From an uncultured Bacteroidia bacterium (GTDB taxonomy: Bacteria; CAIWAD01; BS150m-G50), in assembly GCA_964501185.1 (NCBI GenBank), contig CAZCRT010000002.1:40080-104079 (forward strand): 64,000 nucleotides of DNA, in the 5' to 3' direction. The notes beneath the pieces were generated by a model, which was given only the letters and a program-made list of their open reading frames with translations, was not told where the DNA came from and did no database searches. The translations under genes were made by a program, and so were the position numbers. This document shows positions 1 to 9,260 of the stretch, piece by piece (position 1 is the stretch's first letter; each line of letters starts with the position of its first letter).

Positions 1-1717
1 TGAAATTGCCGGGGCGATGCTGCTGGGAGCCAGAGATCAGCTGTCCGGTGATCTGAAAGAGCGGTTTGTACAGGCAGGGATCATTCACCTGCTTGCTGTA
101 TCAGGGCTTCATACAGGATTTATCGCAGCCATAATTCTGGGATTGCTACGTCTGCTGCCAATCTCCCGCAAAACCTGCTGGTTTCTGTTGCCGCTGCTTC
201 TGTCACTTTACGCACTCATCTGTGGTGGCCGCCCCTCAGTAATCAGGGCAGTAATGATGGCGACAGTCTATTTCTGGGGCCAGGCATTGGAAAGAGGTGT
301 GACACCCATGCACTCATTATTGACGAGTGCAACCCTGGTCGGGCTCAACAATCCCCTCCAAATTTTCACGGTGGGTTTTCAGTTATCACATCTTGCCATG
401 TTGACTGTTGTACTTGCAGTGCGTTTAAGAATTCCCGGGAAGAAGTTGTCCGTCTGGCTCCTGCAATCCCTTATTGTCTCACTGAGCTGTTTCCTTGTAC
501 TGGCACCACTGATCATGTACTACTTCGGCAGACTAAGTCCCATCGGTATACTGGCGAACCTGCCGGCGATTCCACTGGCAGCAGTAATCACCGGTCAGGG
601 TGCGTTGCTGCTGGCGTGCGCCGATATACCACTACTGGCCGATGCTGCAGGAGGATCATTAAATCTCACATTGCGTATTCTGGAGTGGTTGATTGCCGGA
701 GCAGCATCAGCACCCGGGAGTAACTGGCAACTACCTGCACCTGCACTGGAGCAGTTGTTACTGGCAATGATGATACTGGTGCTGCTGTTTCTACCCGGTA
801 TCAGACGAAGATTGCAGAAAACAATATTGCTGTTGCTGGCTGCTGGAACCCTGTTCTGGTGGCAGCATACCGGTACTCAGTTTGAGATTGCTGCTATTAA
901 TGTAGGTCAGGGTGATGCAATACTTCTGCAATCACCCGGCGGGCACGAGACATTGATAGATGCTGGAGTCAAGCGGGGCCGTCTTGATCGTGGACATCTT
1001 CAGGTAGTGCCTTATCTGCGTACTCAGGGTATTGATAAACTGGACCTGATCCTGTTGACACACGCTGATATGGACCACATTGGTGGTATCCCGTCAGTGC
1101 TGCGGGAGATCGGCTGTGATACGCTCTGCCTGGCAGATGTTCGTGACCATCCTCATTTCAGGGAGATCGTACAAATCTGTGACAGTACGCAAACTACTCT
1201 GAAAATGGTTACAGCAGGTGAGATACTGATCAGCGAACCGGGCTATCGTCTCTATCTGCTGAGTCCGTCAGCAGGCTGGCAGGCAAACGCCAACGAACGC
1301 TCACTGGTCCTGAAAGCGGTACATGGAAGCTGCAGCGTACTGTTGACCGGTGACGCCGGTGTGAAGTGCGAAAGAATGCTGGTGTCAATCTGGGGTAGCT
1401 TTCTGCAAAGCGAACTGTTGAAACTCGGGCATCATGGATCCAATACAGCCAGCTGCGATGCATTTCTGGAGCAGGTCAAACCAGAGCACGGACTGATATC
1501 CTGTGGACTGAATAATCGTTACGGCCACCCTGCAACAGAAGTTCTTGAGCGGTTCGAAAGAAAAGCTGTTCAGCTGTATCGAACCGATCTCACCGGTACA
1601 CTGGAACTGACATCTGACAGCAGGCGCTGGCAGTTACAGCCCCCCTGGTGGCAGCGTTCACTGGGTGAATACAGAAATGGATTGGGAGTGCTGGTTGGAA
1701 AATGGAAGACTTTGTAA
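1..1717 (+). CDS. comEC: DNA internalization competence protein ComEC/Rec2, C-terminal part; the 5' end lies outside the window
   Basis: Polytopic membrane N-terminal region followed by a metallo-beta-lactamase domain with LTHADMDHIGG (HxHxDH) and a downstream HHGS motif, the typical ComEC architecture. The ORF is open to the window edge. Confidence 0.8.
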   Translation, partial: EIAGAMLLGARDQLSGDLKERFVQAGIIHLLAVSGLHTGFIAAIILGLLRLLPISRKTCWFLLPLLLSLYALICGGRPSVIRAVMMATVYFWGQALERGVTPMHSLLTSATLVGLNNPLQIFTVGFQLSHLAMLTVVLAVRLRIPGKKLSVWLLQSLIVSLSCFLVLAPLIMYYFGRLSPIGILANLPAIPLAAVITGQGALLLACADIPLLADAAGGSLNLTLRILEWLIAGAASAPGSNWQLPAPALEQLLLAMMILVLLFLPGIRRRLQKTILLLLAAGTLFWWQHTGTQFEIAAINVGQGDAILLQSPGGHETLIDAGVKRGRLDRGHLQVVPYLRTQGIDKLDLILLTHADMDHIGGIPSVLREIGCDTLCLADVRDHPHFREIVQICDSTQTTLKMVTAGEILISEPGYRLYLLSPSAGWQANANERSLVLKAVHGSCSVLLTGDAGVKCERMLVSIWGSFLQSELLKLGHHGSNTASCDAFLEQVKPEHGLISCGLNNRYGHPATEVLERFERKAVQLYRTDLTGTLELTSDSRRWQLQPPWWQRSLGEYRNGLGVLVGKWKTL

Positions 1718-1829
1718 CAGTAACTTCTTTAAATTTGTAGACAGAAAGTTAGACGGCTGAAGATCCACAAACTGTCATACCTGATTTGTGTGTTAACTTT
1801 TGACGGTTGGAAACCCCCGGAGGAGTCAG

Positions 1830-3080
1830 GTGCGTATCGATGGTGAGCTGATTCTGCCCGGCGATAAATCTATCGCACACCGTGCCCTGATGCTGGCCGC
1901 ACTGTCTGAAGGGGAGTGCCGGCTTTCTAATTTTCCACCCGGTGAGGATGTCCGATCCACACTTGCCTGTCTGCAGGAATGCGGATTGCTGGTTTCACAG
2001 CGCAAAGAAGAACTGGTGGTTAAAGGTGGTAACCTGCAATCACCCGCCATCACACTGAATTGTGGTAACTCCGGCAGCACTGTCCGCATGCTGGCAGGAC
2101 TACTGGCCGGTGCCGGGCTGAGTGCTGCTTTTGATGGTGACACTTCTCTGCGTAAGCGCCCCCTGACAAGAGTAATCAAGCCGCTGAGGAAGATGGGCGC
2201 TCAGATATCGGCTACTGATGGAACACTGCCATTGCATCTTGACAAGAGCAGATTGCAGGGTGTGCAATTGCAAATGGATGTTGCCAGTGCTCAGGTTAAA
2301 TCAGCCCTGCTGCTGGCGGGCCTGGGTGCTGATGGAACCACCATAATCCATGAGACAATTCCAACCCGCAACCATACTGAACTGATGCTGAAGATGCTCG
2401 GTGTATCACTGGAGTGTAAGGCGGGTACTCTTACACTGCAGCCCCTGCAGCAGTCGCTACCGCCGCTTCTTATAGACCTGCCGGGTGATCCCTCAACTGC
2501 GGCCGCTTTCATTACCGGGTGCGCAGTAATGCCGGGATCAAGTTTAAAGGTACGGGGGATGTTACTCAATCCCACCCGTATCCATTTTCTGGAGATACTG
2601 CAGATGATGGGACTGGTTGTGGACCTGCAGGAGAGATGGTGCTCCGGTGGTGAGGAGGTCGGTGATATTATGCTTCGTGGACCAGCCGCGTTGAAGTCAT
2701 TCTGTATCACACCGGACGAAGTACCGCTGGTGATTGATGAGCTGCCATTGCTGGCTGTAGCTGCCTGTCAGGCGGATGGTGTCAGCCAGGTCACGGGTGC
2801 TGCCGAGCTGCGGGTAAAGGAATCGGATCGCATAGAGGTGATCTGTCAAAATCTCAAGCAACTCGGTGCGCAGATTGAGGAGCTTCCGGATGGATTTATC
2901 ATAGAAGGGGGCCATAAGCTGCTGGGGGGGTGTGTGGTTACTGCGAAGGATCATCGTATTGCTATGGCCATGCGTATAGTCGGACTTATAACTGAAGGTG
3001 AAGTTTCACTGGATGAGACCGCTTCAATAGCTGTGTCCTGTCCAGGTTTCGACAGACTGCTCGGACAGCTTCTGAAGTGA
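1830..3080 (+). CDS. aroA: 3-phosphoshikimate 1-carboxyvinyltransferase (EPSP synthase)
   Basis: LPGDKSIAHRALMLAAL N-terminal signature and a full-length EPSPS-like protein. GTG start at 1830 is preceded by GGAGGAG. Confidence 0.9.
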   Translation: MRIDGELILPGDKSIAHRALMLAALSEGECRLSNFPPGEDVRSTLACLQECGLLVSQRKEELVVKGGNLQSPAITLNCGNSGSTVRMLAGLLAGAGLSAAFDGDTSLRKRPLTRVIKPLRKMGAQISATDGTLPLHLDKSRLQGVQLQMDVASAQVKSALLLAGLGADGTTIIHETIPTRNHTELMLKMLGVSLECKAGTLTLQPLQQSLPPLLIDLPGDPSTAAAFITGCAVMPGSSLKVRGMLLNPTRIHFLEILQMMGLVVDLQERWCSGGEEVGDIMLRGPAALKSFCITPDEVPLVIDELPLLAVAACQADGVSQVTGAAELRVKESDRIEVICQNLKQLGAQIEELPDGFIIEGGHKLLGGCVVTAKDHRIAMAMRIVGLITEGEVSLDETASIAVSCPGFDRLLGQLLK

Positions 3081-3106
3081 GTTGAAAACTACGGGAAGGG
3101 AATACA

Positions 3107-4294
3107 GTGCTGAAAAAACTGAGATTTCTTACTGCCGGTGAATCACATGGACCTGGTTTGACCGGGATTCTGGAGGGTCTGCCTGCCGGGCTGGAGCTCA
3201 CAGCAGCTATGATAGAGCAGCAGCTGCGCCGCAGACGTCAGGTTGGTGGCAGGGGTGCCCGTATGAGTATCGAGCAGGATCGTGTGGAGATCACCGGTGG
3301 CATCAGGCAGGGCTTCACAATCGGATCTCCTGTAGCATTGTTGATATCCAACCGTGATCATGATAACTGGTCAACTGTGATGTCTGTTGTTGCTGCCGAT
3401 GAGAAGGCAGCAGAGATGACCATCCCCAGGCCCGGCCATATTGACCTGGCCGGTTGTCTGAAGTATGACACTGAAGATACACGGAATGTGAGCGAGAGAG
3501 CATCTGCCCGCGAAACCGCCATGAGAACGGCAATCGGTGCCTGCTGTCGCCGGTTGCTTAAGGAACTGGGAATAGCTGTTGGCAGCAGAGTCCTGCAGGC
3601 TGGTGATATCCGTGATCTGAACGAGTATGACAGGCTGACACCAATGGAGATAAATGTACAGGCTGACGGTTCAGAAATGCGCTGTCTCGATCCACTGGTG
3701 TCCGGTATGATGGCAGATGCTGTAGAAAAGGCCAGAGAAGAGGGTGATACACTTGGTGGAATGCTGGAAGTAAGGGCAGCCGGGCTCCCTGTCGGGCTGG
3801 GAAGCAGTTCGCAATGGGATCTGAAACTGCAGGCACGCCTGGCCGCTGCGCTGATGTCACTGGGTGGTATGAAGGGTTTTGAAGTAGGTGCAGGAATATC
3901 GGTAGCAGAATTACGCGGTAGTGAAGCCAATGATGGTATCGTTCCAGTTGACAGAGGTGTATCCCGCCTCACAAACCATGCCGGAGGGATCGAGGGAGGT
4001 CTCAGCAATGGCTCTGATATAATACTGCGGCTGGCGATGAAGCCAATACCTTCCTTAAGGCAGACTCAGCAATCAGTTGATCTGAAAACAGGTAGTCCCG
4101 CACAGGCACCACAGGAGCGAGGCGACACCTGGGGTGTCGCTGCGGCCAGTATAGTTGCCGAGGCAATGACCTGTCTGGTACTGGCTGATGCCCTGCTGGA
4201 GAAATTCGGTGGTGACACCCTACAGCAACTGAAGGGACATATTCAATCCTCCGGTCGCTGGCTGGCCGGGAGGGATAACAGATCTCATGTGTGA
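3107..4294 (+). CDS. aroC: chorismate synthase
   Basis: FLTAGESHGPGL hallmark N-terminus, about 395 aa. GTG start with upstream GGGAAGGG. Confidence 0.9.
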   Translation: MLKKLRFLTAGESHGPGLTGILEGLPAGLELTAAMIEQQLRRRRQVGGRGARMSIEQDRVEITGGIRQGFTIGSPVALLISNRDHDNWSTVMSVVAADEKAAEMTIPRPGHIDLAGCLKYDTEDTRNVSERASARETAMRTAIGACCRRLLKELGIAVGSRVLQAGDIRDLNEYDRLTPMEINVQADGSEMRCLDPLVSGMMADAVEKAREEGDTLGGMLEVRAAGLPVGLGSSSQWDLKLQARLAAALMSLGGMKGFEVGAGISVAELRGSEANDGIVPVDRGVSRLTNHAGGIEGGLSNGSDIILRLAMKPIPSLRQTQQSVDLKTGSPAQAPQERGDTWGVAAASIVAEAMTCLVLADALLEKFGGDTLQQLKGHIQSSGRWLAGRDNRSHV

Positions 4295-4820
4295 ACCGGG
4301 CACGAAACCGCTGGTCCTGACCGGGATGATGGGCAGTGGCAAAAGCACTGTTGGCCCGCTGCTAGCTGCAGAGCTGGGGAGGGACTTCATTGATCTGGAT
4401 GAGATGATAGAGCAGGTCTGTAGCATGCAGATTTCGCAATTGTTAGAGGAGGGAGAAACTACCTTCAGGGCCAGGGAAAAAGAGGCCCTGGTTGCAGCTT
4501 TGCAGAGAGGTCACTCCGTGATCGCCACCGGTGGAGGTGTCATACTCAGTTCACATAATCGTCAAATGTTAACTGGCAGCAGCAAAGTACTGTTGCTGGA
4601 AGCATCGCTGCCAGAACTGCAGAAGCGGCTTTCCATGACTGATGTATCACGTCCATTGCTTTCAGGTACAGAGAGTCTGATTGATCAGCTGGCTTACTTA
4701 CACAGGGAACGCCACCAGTTGTATCTCCAGACTGCGGATATTGTAGTAAACACAGATAAACTAACACCGGTACAGGTAGTAGCGGTGATACGGAATATGC
4801 TGGAGAACTCCCATGTATGA
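4287..4820 (+). CDS. aroK: shikimate kinase
   Basis: P-loop GMMGSGKST plus FIDLDEMIEQ and ATGGG motifs. 8-nt overlap with aroC. Confidence 0.85.
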   Translation: MCEPGTKPLVLTGMMGSGKSTVGPLLAAELGRDFIDLDEMIEQVCSMQISQLLEEGETTFRAREKEALVAALQRGHSVIATGGGVILSSHNRQMLTGSSKVLLLEASLPELQKRLSMTDVSRPLLSGTESLIDQLAYLHRERHQLYLQTADIVVNTDKLTPVQVVAVIRNMLENSHV

Positions 4821-5898
4821 ATATGATCTACAGCTGGGTGAGAGGCGCTGCAATATAGCTGTTCAGGCCGGTTTAATGCATAACAGCAGTCTGCCGGAGC
4901 TGTTACCTTCAGCCTCCCGACAGGTAATTGTTACCGACGGCAATATCGCCCGGCTATGGGGTGATGATCTGCTCACGACTCTTCATGAGTCCGGCAGTAT
5001 TCCCTGCTCAATGGTTGTGCTGGAACCGGGTGAGCAGAATAAGAACCTGCAGACTATCGAAAAACTGTACTACAATCTTCATGAACTGGAATGTGATCGT
5101 GATTGCCTCTTGATTGCGCTGGGTGGCGGTGTAGTGGGTGACATCACCGGTTTCGTCGCAGCGACCTGGATGCGTGGTATTCGATATGTTCAACTGCCGA
5201 CCTCTCTGCTGGCAATGGTCGACTCCGGAGTCGGGGGGAAAACCGCTGTCAATCTGCGGGGCAGGAAGAATCTGATAGGCGCTTTTCATCAACCTGAATC
5301 TGTTCTGATAGATCCGGAGCTGTTGAGAACTTTGTCGCGACGGGACTTTGTCAACGGATTACCTGAGGTGATCAAATACGGATGTGTGCTTGATAGAGAA
5401 CTGTTCACAAAGCTGGAGGGAACTGTTCCACTACTGTTGGAAGAGCTGAACTATCCACTTCTGGCTGACATTATTGCCCGTTGTATCACACTGAAGGCCG
5501 ACATTGTCAGAGATGATGAGCGGGAAGCGGGCTTGAGGATGTTGCTCAATTTCGGACATACCGTCGGGCATGCAATCGAGCATGTCAGTGAAAACAGACT
5601 GTTACATGGTGAAGCAGTAGCATCTGGTATGATCGCGGCAACGGCACTCTCAAATCAGTTAGGAATGCTGGATGCTGAAGAGCAGCAGAGAATCGAAACT
5701 GTACTGAACCGGTTGTCATTGCCTTTGTTATCCGGACAGGATAGCACATCGCTGCTGAAAGCAATGCGTCATGATAAGAAACGCCGTCATGGTGATCAGC
5801 TCTGGGTATTACTTAAAGGTATAGGGCAGGGGTGTGTACAGGGGGAAATCCCTGAAACAGAAGTACTTAACTGCTTGAGGAAAGTGCCGGTAGATTAA
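4813..5898 (+). CDS. aroB: 3-dehydroquinate synthase
   Basis: GGGVVGDITGFVAATWMRGIRYVQLPTSLLAMVDSGVGGKTAVN NAD/metal-binding core. Overlaps aroK stop. Confidence 0.9.
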   Translation: MYEYDLQLGERRCNIAVQAGLMHNSSLPELLPSASRQVIVTDGNIARLWGDDLLTTLHESGSIPCSMVVLEPGEQNKNLQTIEKLYYNLHELECDRDCLLIALGGGVVGDITGFVAATWMRGIRYVQLPTSLLAMVDSGVGGKTAVNLRGRKNLIGAFHQPESVLIDPELLRTLSRRDFVNGLPEVIKYGCVLDRELFTKLEGTVPLLLEELNYPLLADIIARCITLKADIVRDDEREAGLRMLLNFGHTVGHAIEHVSENRLLHGEAVASGMIAATALSNQLGMLDAEEQQRIETVLNRLSLPLLSGQDSTSLLKAMRHDKKRRHGDQLWVLLKGIGQGCVQGEIPETEVLNCLRKVPVD

Positions 5899-5942
5899 CA
5901 TAGATGCTGATCCCTGGAGCGGGCTTGTGACCGGATATTAAT

Positions 5943-7139
5943 CTATCTGTTAACAGCGTAGGTAACACAATAGAAAGCGCTGAATGCCGGAGGATCCGGG
6001 TCACGCCATGAACTCTCCTGCGTAATATGTAACAGGTTATCCGGGTGGTAGACACCATAGGGGTCGGTACTACGATATATGCGATATGTAGGACTCGCGG
6101 GCAGACCTGAGGCTACATACTTACCGGCTGCATCCCACATCAATGGTTCGTCACCATCAGCCAGAGGCGGAATTGGAACGATGGTTATCGGTTCGTCACT
6201 CAGTTCTTCCGGCTCACATGGGCTGCCTGGTAGCGGATCATCGACCAGAATCTCCCCTGTACCTATACAATCACCCGGGTACCAGAAATTCTGCTGAGCA
6301 TTTACAGTGTTCACAGAGTTGTTTACGATGTCATAGTCCCAGTTCCCCCAGAATGAGGAGTGGTGGACATCTACAACAGCATCACCGGAAGTAACCTGAA
6401 TAGCTGTGCCGTTACCCTGAAAAATGGTGGATGTGATATCCAGAGTGGAACCACTATCGGCCAGAATAGCTATTTCATTGGTAAGGAATATTCCATTGTC
6501 GATACTGCAGTTGCAATGCTCAAGATAAACTGATATCGCTTCTGCAGTCAGAAATATGCAATGAGACAGGTCAAGTTGACTATCATCGTCAGCGATCAGT
6601 GCAGGAACCCCGGCTTCGAAAATCGTGCTGATGGCATTGAATGTTCCACCATTGATTTCCAGGGAATGCTCGGTATCGCGTAACCAGGAATCCTCAAATT
6701 GCACGGTGAGATTACTACTGACCTCGGGGATGCTGATGATATCACTGAGTTCTGCGCCGATATAGTGGATTGCCCCCTCGAAAACATCCAGCTCAAAACA
6801 GGCGAGTATCTCTTCAGTCAGCAGGGAGCTGCCAAATATATGAACATCACGCTCAGGCACAGAAGCCTCGAAGAAGAGCTCACCACCGGCCAGAATAATG
6901 GTTGAATTCTCTTCAGGTGGGGAATCGACATAAAGGTGAAGCTCGTAGGTGGGGTTAAGTGTAATTGTCTCACCTGATACTTTGCTGGTGTTGCGGTAAG
7001 CTACGTGATTGAGCGTACCGGGCTCTGTTCCATCAGAAAAGTCAACCTGGTCAGTTGTATTAACACCCATCGCCAGCGAGCCTGTTATCAGAAGCAGAAT
7101 AATGGATGAAAGAAGAATTGTAAACACACGAGGTTTCAT
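5943..7139 (-). CDS. secreted protein with parallel beta-helix-like repeats (hypothetical)
   Basis: N-terminal signal peptide MKPRVFTILLSSIILLLITGSLAMG. Repeated short N/G/T/S-rich segments typical of right-handed beta-helix proteins. 4-nt overlap with the upstream sigma54 activator gene. Confidence 0.4.
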   Translation of the reverse strand: MKPRVFTILLSSIILLLITGSLAMGVNTTDQVDFSDGTEPGTLNHVAYRNTSKVSGETITLNPTYELHLYVDSPPEENSTIILAGGELFFEASVPERDVHIFGSSLLTEEILACFELDVFEGAIHYIGAELSDIISIPEVSSNLTVQFEDSWLRDTEHSLEINGGTFNAISTIFEAGVPALIADDDSQLDLSHCIFLTAEAISVYLEHCNCSIDNGIFLTNEIAILADSGSTLDITSTIFQGNGTAIQVTSGDAVVDVHHSSFWGNWDYDIVNNSVNTVNAQQNFWYPGDCIGTGEILVDDPLPGSPCEPEELSDEPITIVPIPPLADGDEPLMWDAAGKYVASGLPASPTYRIYRSTDPYGVYHPDNLLHITQESSWRDPDPPAFSAFYCVTYAVNR

Positions 7140-9022
7140 AGTTTTCTCTTCCTGTCACTTGACGATTTGAAAGCCTGGGAGTCGATACCCAGCTTCTGAA
7201 GCTTATACTTCAGGCTTCTTAATGTAATCCCGAGTTCACGGGCAGACACCTCGCGAACTCCCCCATGTTCCTGCAGCTTATTCTCTATGAACTGCCGTTC
7301 AAAGTCCGCAACAGCCTGCTCAAGTTTCAGATCCGCAGACGGGTTGTCGGAAGTTTCAGCTGCATTCGTCAACATGAGATGTTGTGGTTCAATCAGAGTA
7401 CGCGCCTTCTGATATCCCCGAAGCATAAGGTTTTTCAGTTCCCTGACATTACCGTTGTAACTGTGTTTTTCCAGCAACAGGACGGTTTCAGTAGCCAGGG
7501 ATTTCCTGGTTTCATACTGTTCATTCAGTCTGTCCAGAAAACCTGACGCTAAGAAATATACATCTTCAATATGATTTCTTAAAGGAGAAACATGTATGCG
7601 AAAAACTGATATTCGTTGCAGCAGATCCTGACGAAAACTGGCAGATTTGACAAGTTCGTCAAGATCACGATTTGTTGCGGAAACAATACGTGCCGGGGAG
7701 CGTTTCACCTGTTGCGAGCCCATGACAGTATATTCACCGCTTTCCAGGAAACGAAGCAGTTTTGGCTGGATGGATAGTGGCAGATCACCAAATTCATCGA
7801 GGAACAGCGTGCCATCAGCAGCAGCTTCAATCAGGCCGATGCGATCTTCTGATGCGCCAGTAAAGGAACCCTTGCGATGGCCGAAGAGTATTGATTCAAA
7901 GAGTGTTTCCGGAATGGCGGGACAGTTAACCGGTATGAAAGGCTTCTGTCGGCGTTGACTGGCATTATGCAGTGCTCGTGCAACCAGCTCTTTGCCGGTA
8001 CCTGTCTCACCTGTCACCAGAAGCGGGCTGTTAGCGTCAGCCAGTGAATCGATATCGGTCATTAAACGATGATGACTTGCAGACACACCTATCATCCCGT
8101 GACGGTGGAAGAGTGTGTTGGCAAGTTCAAGGTGTGTATCCTGACAGTACTCCTCACCAAGAACCTGCTGGCAGGCATGTTCCAGGAAGCTGCTGTCCAT
8201 CTCCTGTTCACCTGACATAGCTCTGGCTTTTTCAAGTGAACGGCGCGCAGCCTGTTTCCTGTCAAGCTGATGTTGGCTGAGTCCCAGGTATGTCAACAGG
8301 CGGATCTGATCACTTCTGGCAGGATTCTGCTGCAGCAGTTTCCTCAGAGCGGGAACAGCCTGGTTATGCTTTCCCTGCAGGTGGAGAAGTGTTGCCTGAT
8401 TGAACAGGTAACGGGAACTGATATCGGGGTACTGGTCAGAGGAAAAGATATCCATCTCCTGCTGCAGCAACTCCTCTGCCAGCTTGTAGTTCTTCTGCCT
8501 TATGTGGAAGTCGCAGATGTTGAGTTGTACCATCAACCGCTGTCGTGGTAAATCATGACGCACAGCGATCTCATAAGCCTGCTGCAGGTGTTCCCAGGCT
8601 GCATCGGGGTCAATCGTTATCAGAGCATTACCCAGCATATTCTGAACCCGGCTGACATCTTCCGGGGCAACAATGTAACCTTCTGTCAGTGCCTGCCGGT
8701 AAAACTGGATGGCGGTTTTCATATCACCCATGTTCTTGGTCGCCAGGCCGGCGTTGAGTAGTGCACGGGAGGAAACATCAGCCAACTCACCCTTGAAGTC
8801 GAGCAGTCGGCAATTGCGGTAAACCAGGAAGAACGCTTCTCTTGCCTGCTGGTTCTGACCCAGCTGCAGCAACGCATTCCCCCGCACCAACATCAGATAG
8901 TTGCGGGCAAAATCGTCGTGTAGCGCAGGCAGCTGTCTATCCACAGAGGAAATACACAACTGGTATTCCCGTTGCGCATAGTGCTGCAACGCAGGATTGG
9001 AAGAAAAGCTATTTTTTTGCAT
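7136..9022 (-). CDS. sigma-54-dependent transcriptional activator with N-terminal TPR-repeat domain; no receiver, GAF or PAS domain seen
   Basis: AAA+ sigma54-interaction domain: Walker A GETGTGKE, ESILFGHRKGSFTGA (GAFTGA variant), DEFGDLP Walker B. C-terminal Fis-type HTH (ELGITLRSLKYKLQKLGI). The first ~330 aa are TPR-like helical repeats. Confidence 0.8.
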   Translation of the reverse strand: MQKNSFSSNPALQHYAQREYQLCISSVDRQLPALHDDFARNYLMLVRGNALLQLGQNQQAREAFFLVYRNCRLLDFKGELADVSSRALLNAGLATKNMGDMKTAIQFYRQALTEGYIVAPEDVSRVQNMLGNALITIDPDAAWEHLQQAYEIAVRHDLPRQRLMVQLNICDFHIRQKNYKLAEELLQQEMDIFSSDQYPDISSRYLFNQATLLHLQGKHNQAVPALRKLLQQNPARSDQIRLLTYLGLSQHQLDRKQAARRSLEKARAMSGEQEMDSSFLEHACQQVLGEEYCQDTHLELANTLFHRHGMIGVSASHHRLMTDIDSLADANSPLLVTGETGTGKELVARALHNASQRRQKPFIPVNCPAIPETLFESILFGHRKGSFTGASEDRIGLIEAAADGTLFLDEFGDLPLSIQPKLLRFLESGEYTVMGSQQVKRSPARIVSATNRDLDELVKSASFRQDLLQRISVFRIHVSPLRNHIEDVYFLASGFLDRLNEQYETRKSLATETVLLLEKHSYNGNVRELKNLMLRGYQKARTLIEPQHLMLTNAAETSDNPSADLKLEQAVADFERQFIENKLQEHGGVREVSARELGITLRSLKYKLQKLGIDSQAFKSSSDRKRKL

Positions 9023-9260
9023 ATGGTTGGGTAGTTGTTATTAAAATCATAGTGAATTATTTGCGTTATTACAAGAACAAATCAACATCTTTTGTGTCAT
9101 TTTTACGCTCTGGAATTCAAAAAATGCTCTCAATTGAACAATAAAGTTTCTGTGTGTATGATGGAAGTTGTAATGCCTCCTGCAGCTCTTTTAAGTTAAT
9201 GAGCGAGTCGCTGCAGTTCGTTTTTCTTGCCCACCTTATCGGTGCCAGTTAGTTTGCAAC

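Noticed and set aside
3358-4008. 216-aa antisense ORF inside aroC. Similar long antisense ORFs lie inside tex (47124..47750), the helicase (58148..58693), gap/pgk (54155..54829), the deacetylase (38455..39048), folD (42131..42595) and the M20 peptidase (16319..16849)
   Set aside because: Each is fully nested opposite a well-supported conserved gene. They are low-complexity and Pro/Ser/Arg-rich, typical of shadow ORFs in GC-balanced coding DNA, and have no RBS context.
9237-9256. Possible sigma-54 promoter TGCCAG-N5-TTGCA immediately upstream of the TonB-dependent receptor gene
   Set aside because: The -24 element has GC instead of the critical GG doublet. The element ends only about 6 nt before the ATG. 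That leaves no 5' UTR or RBS unless a later, poorer start is used.
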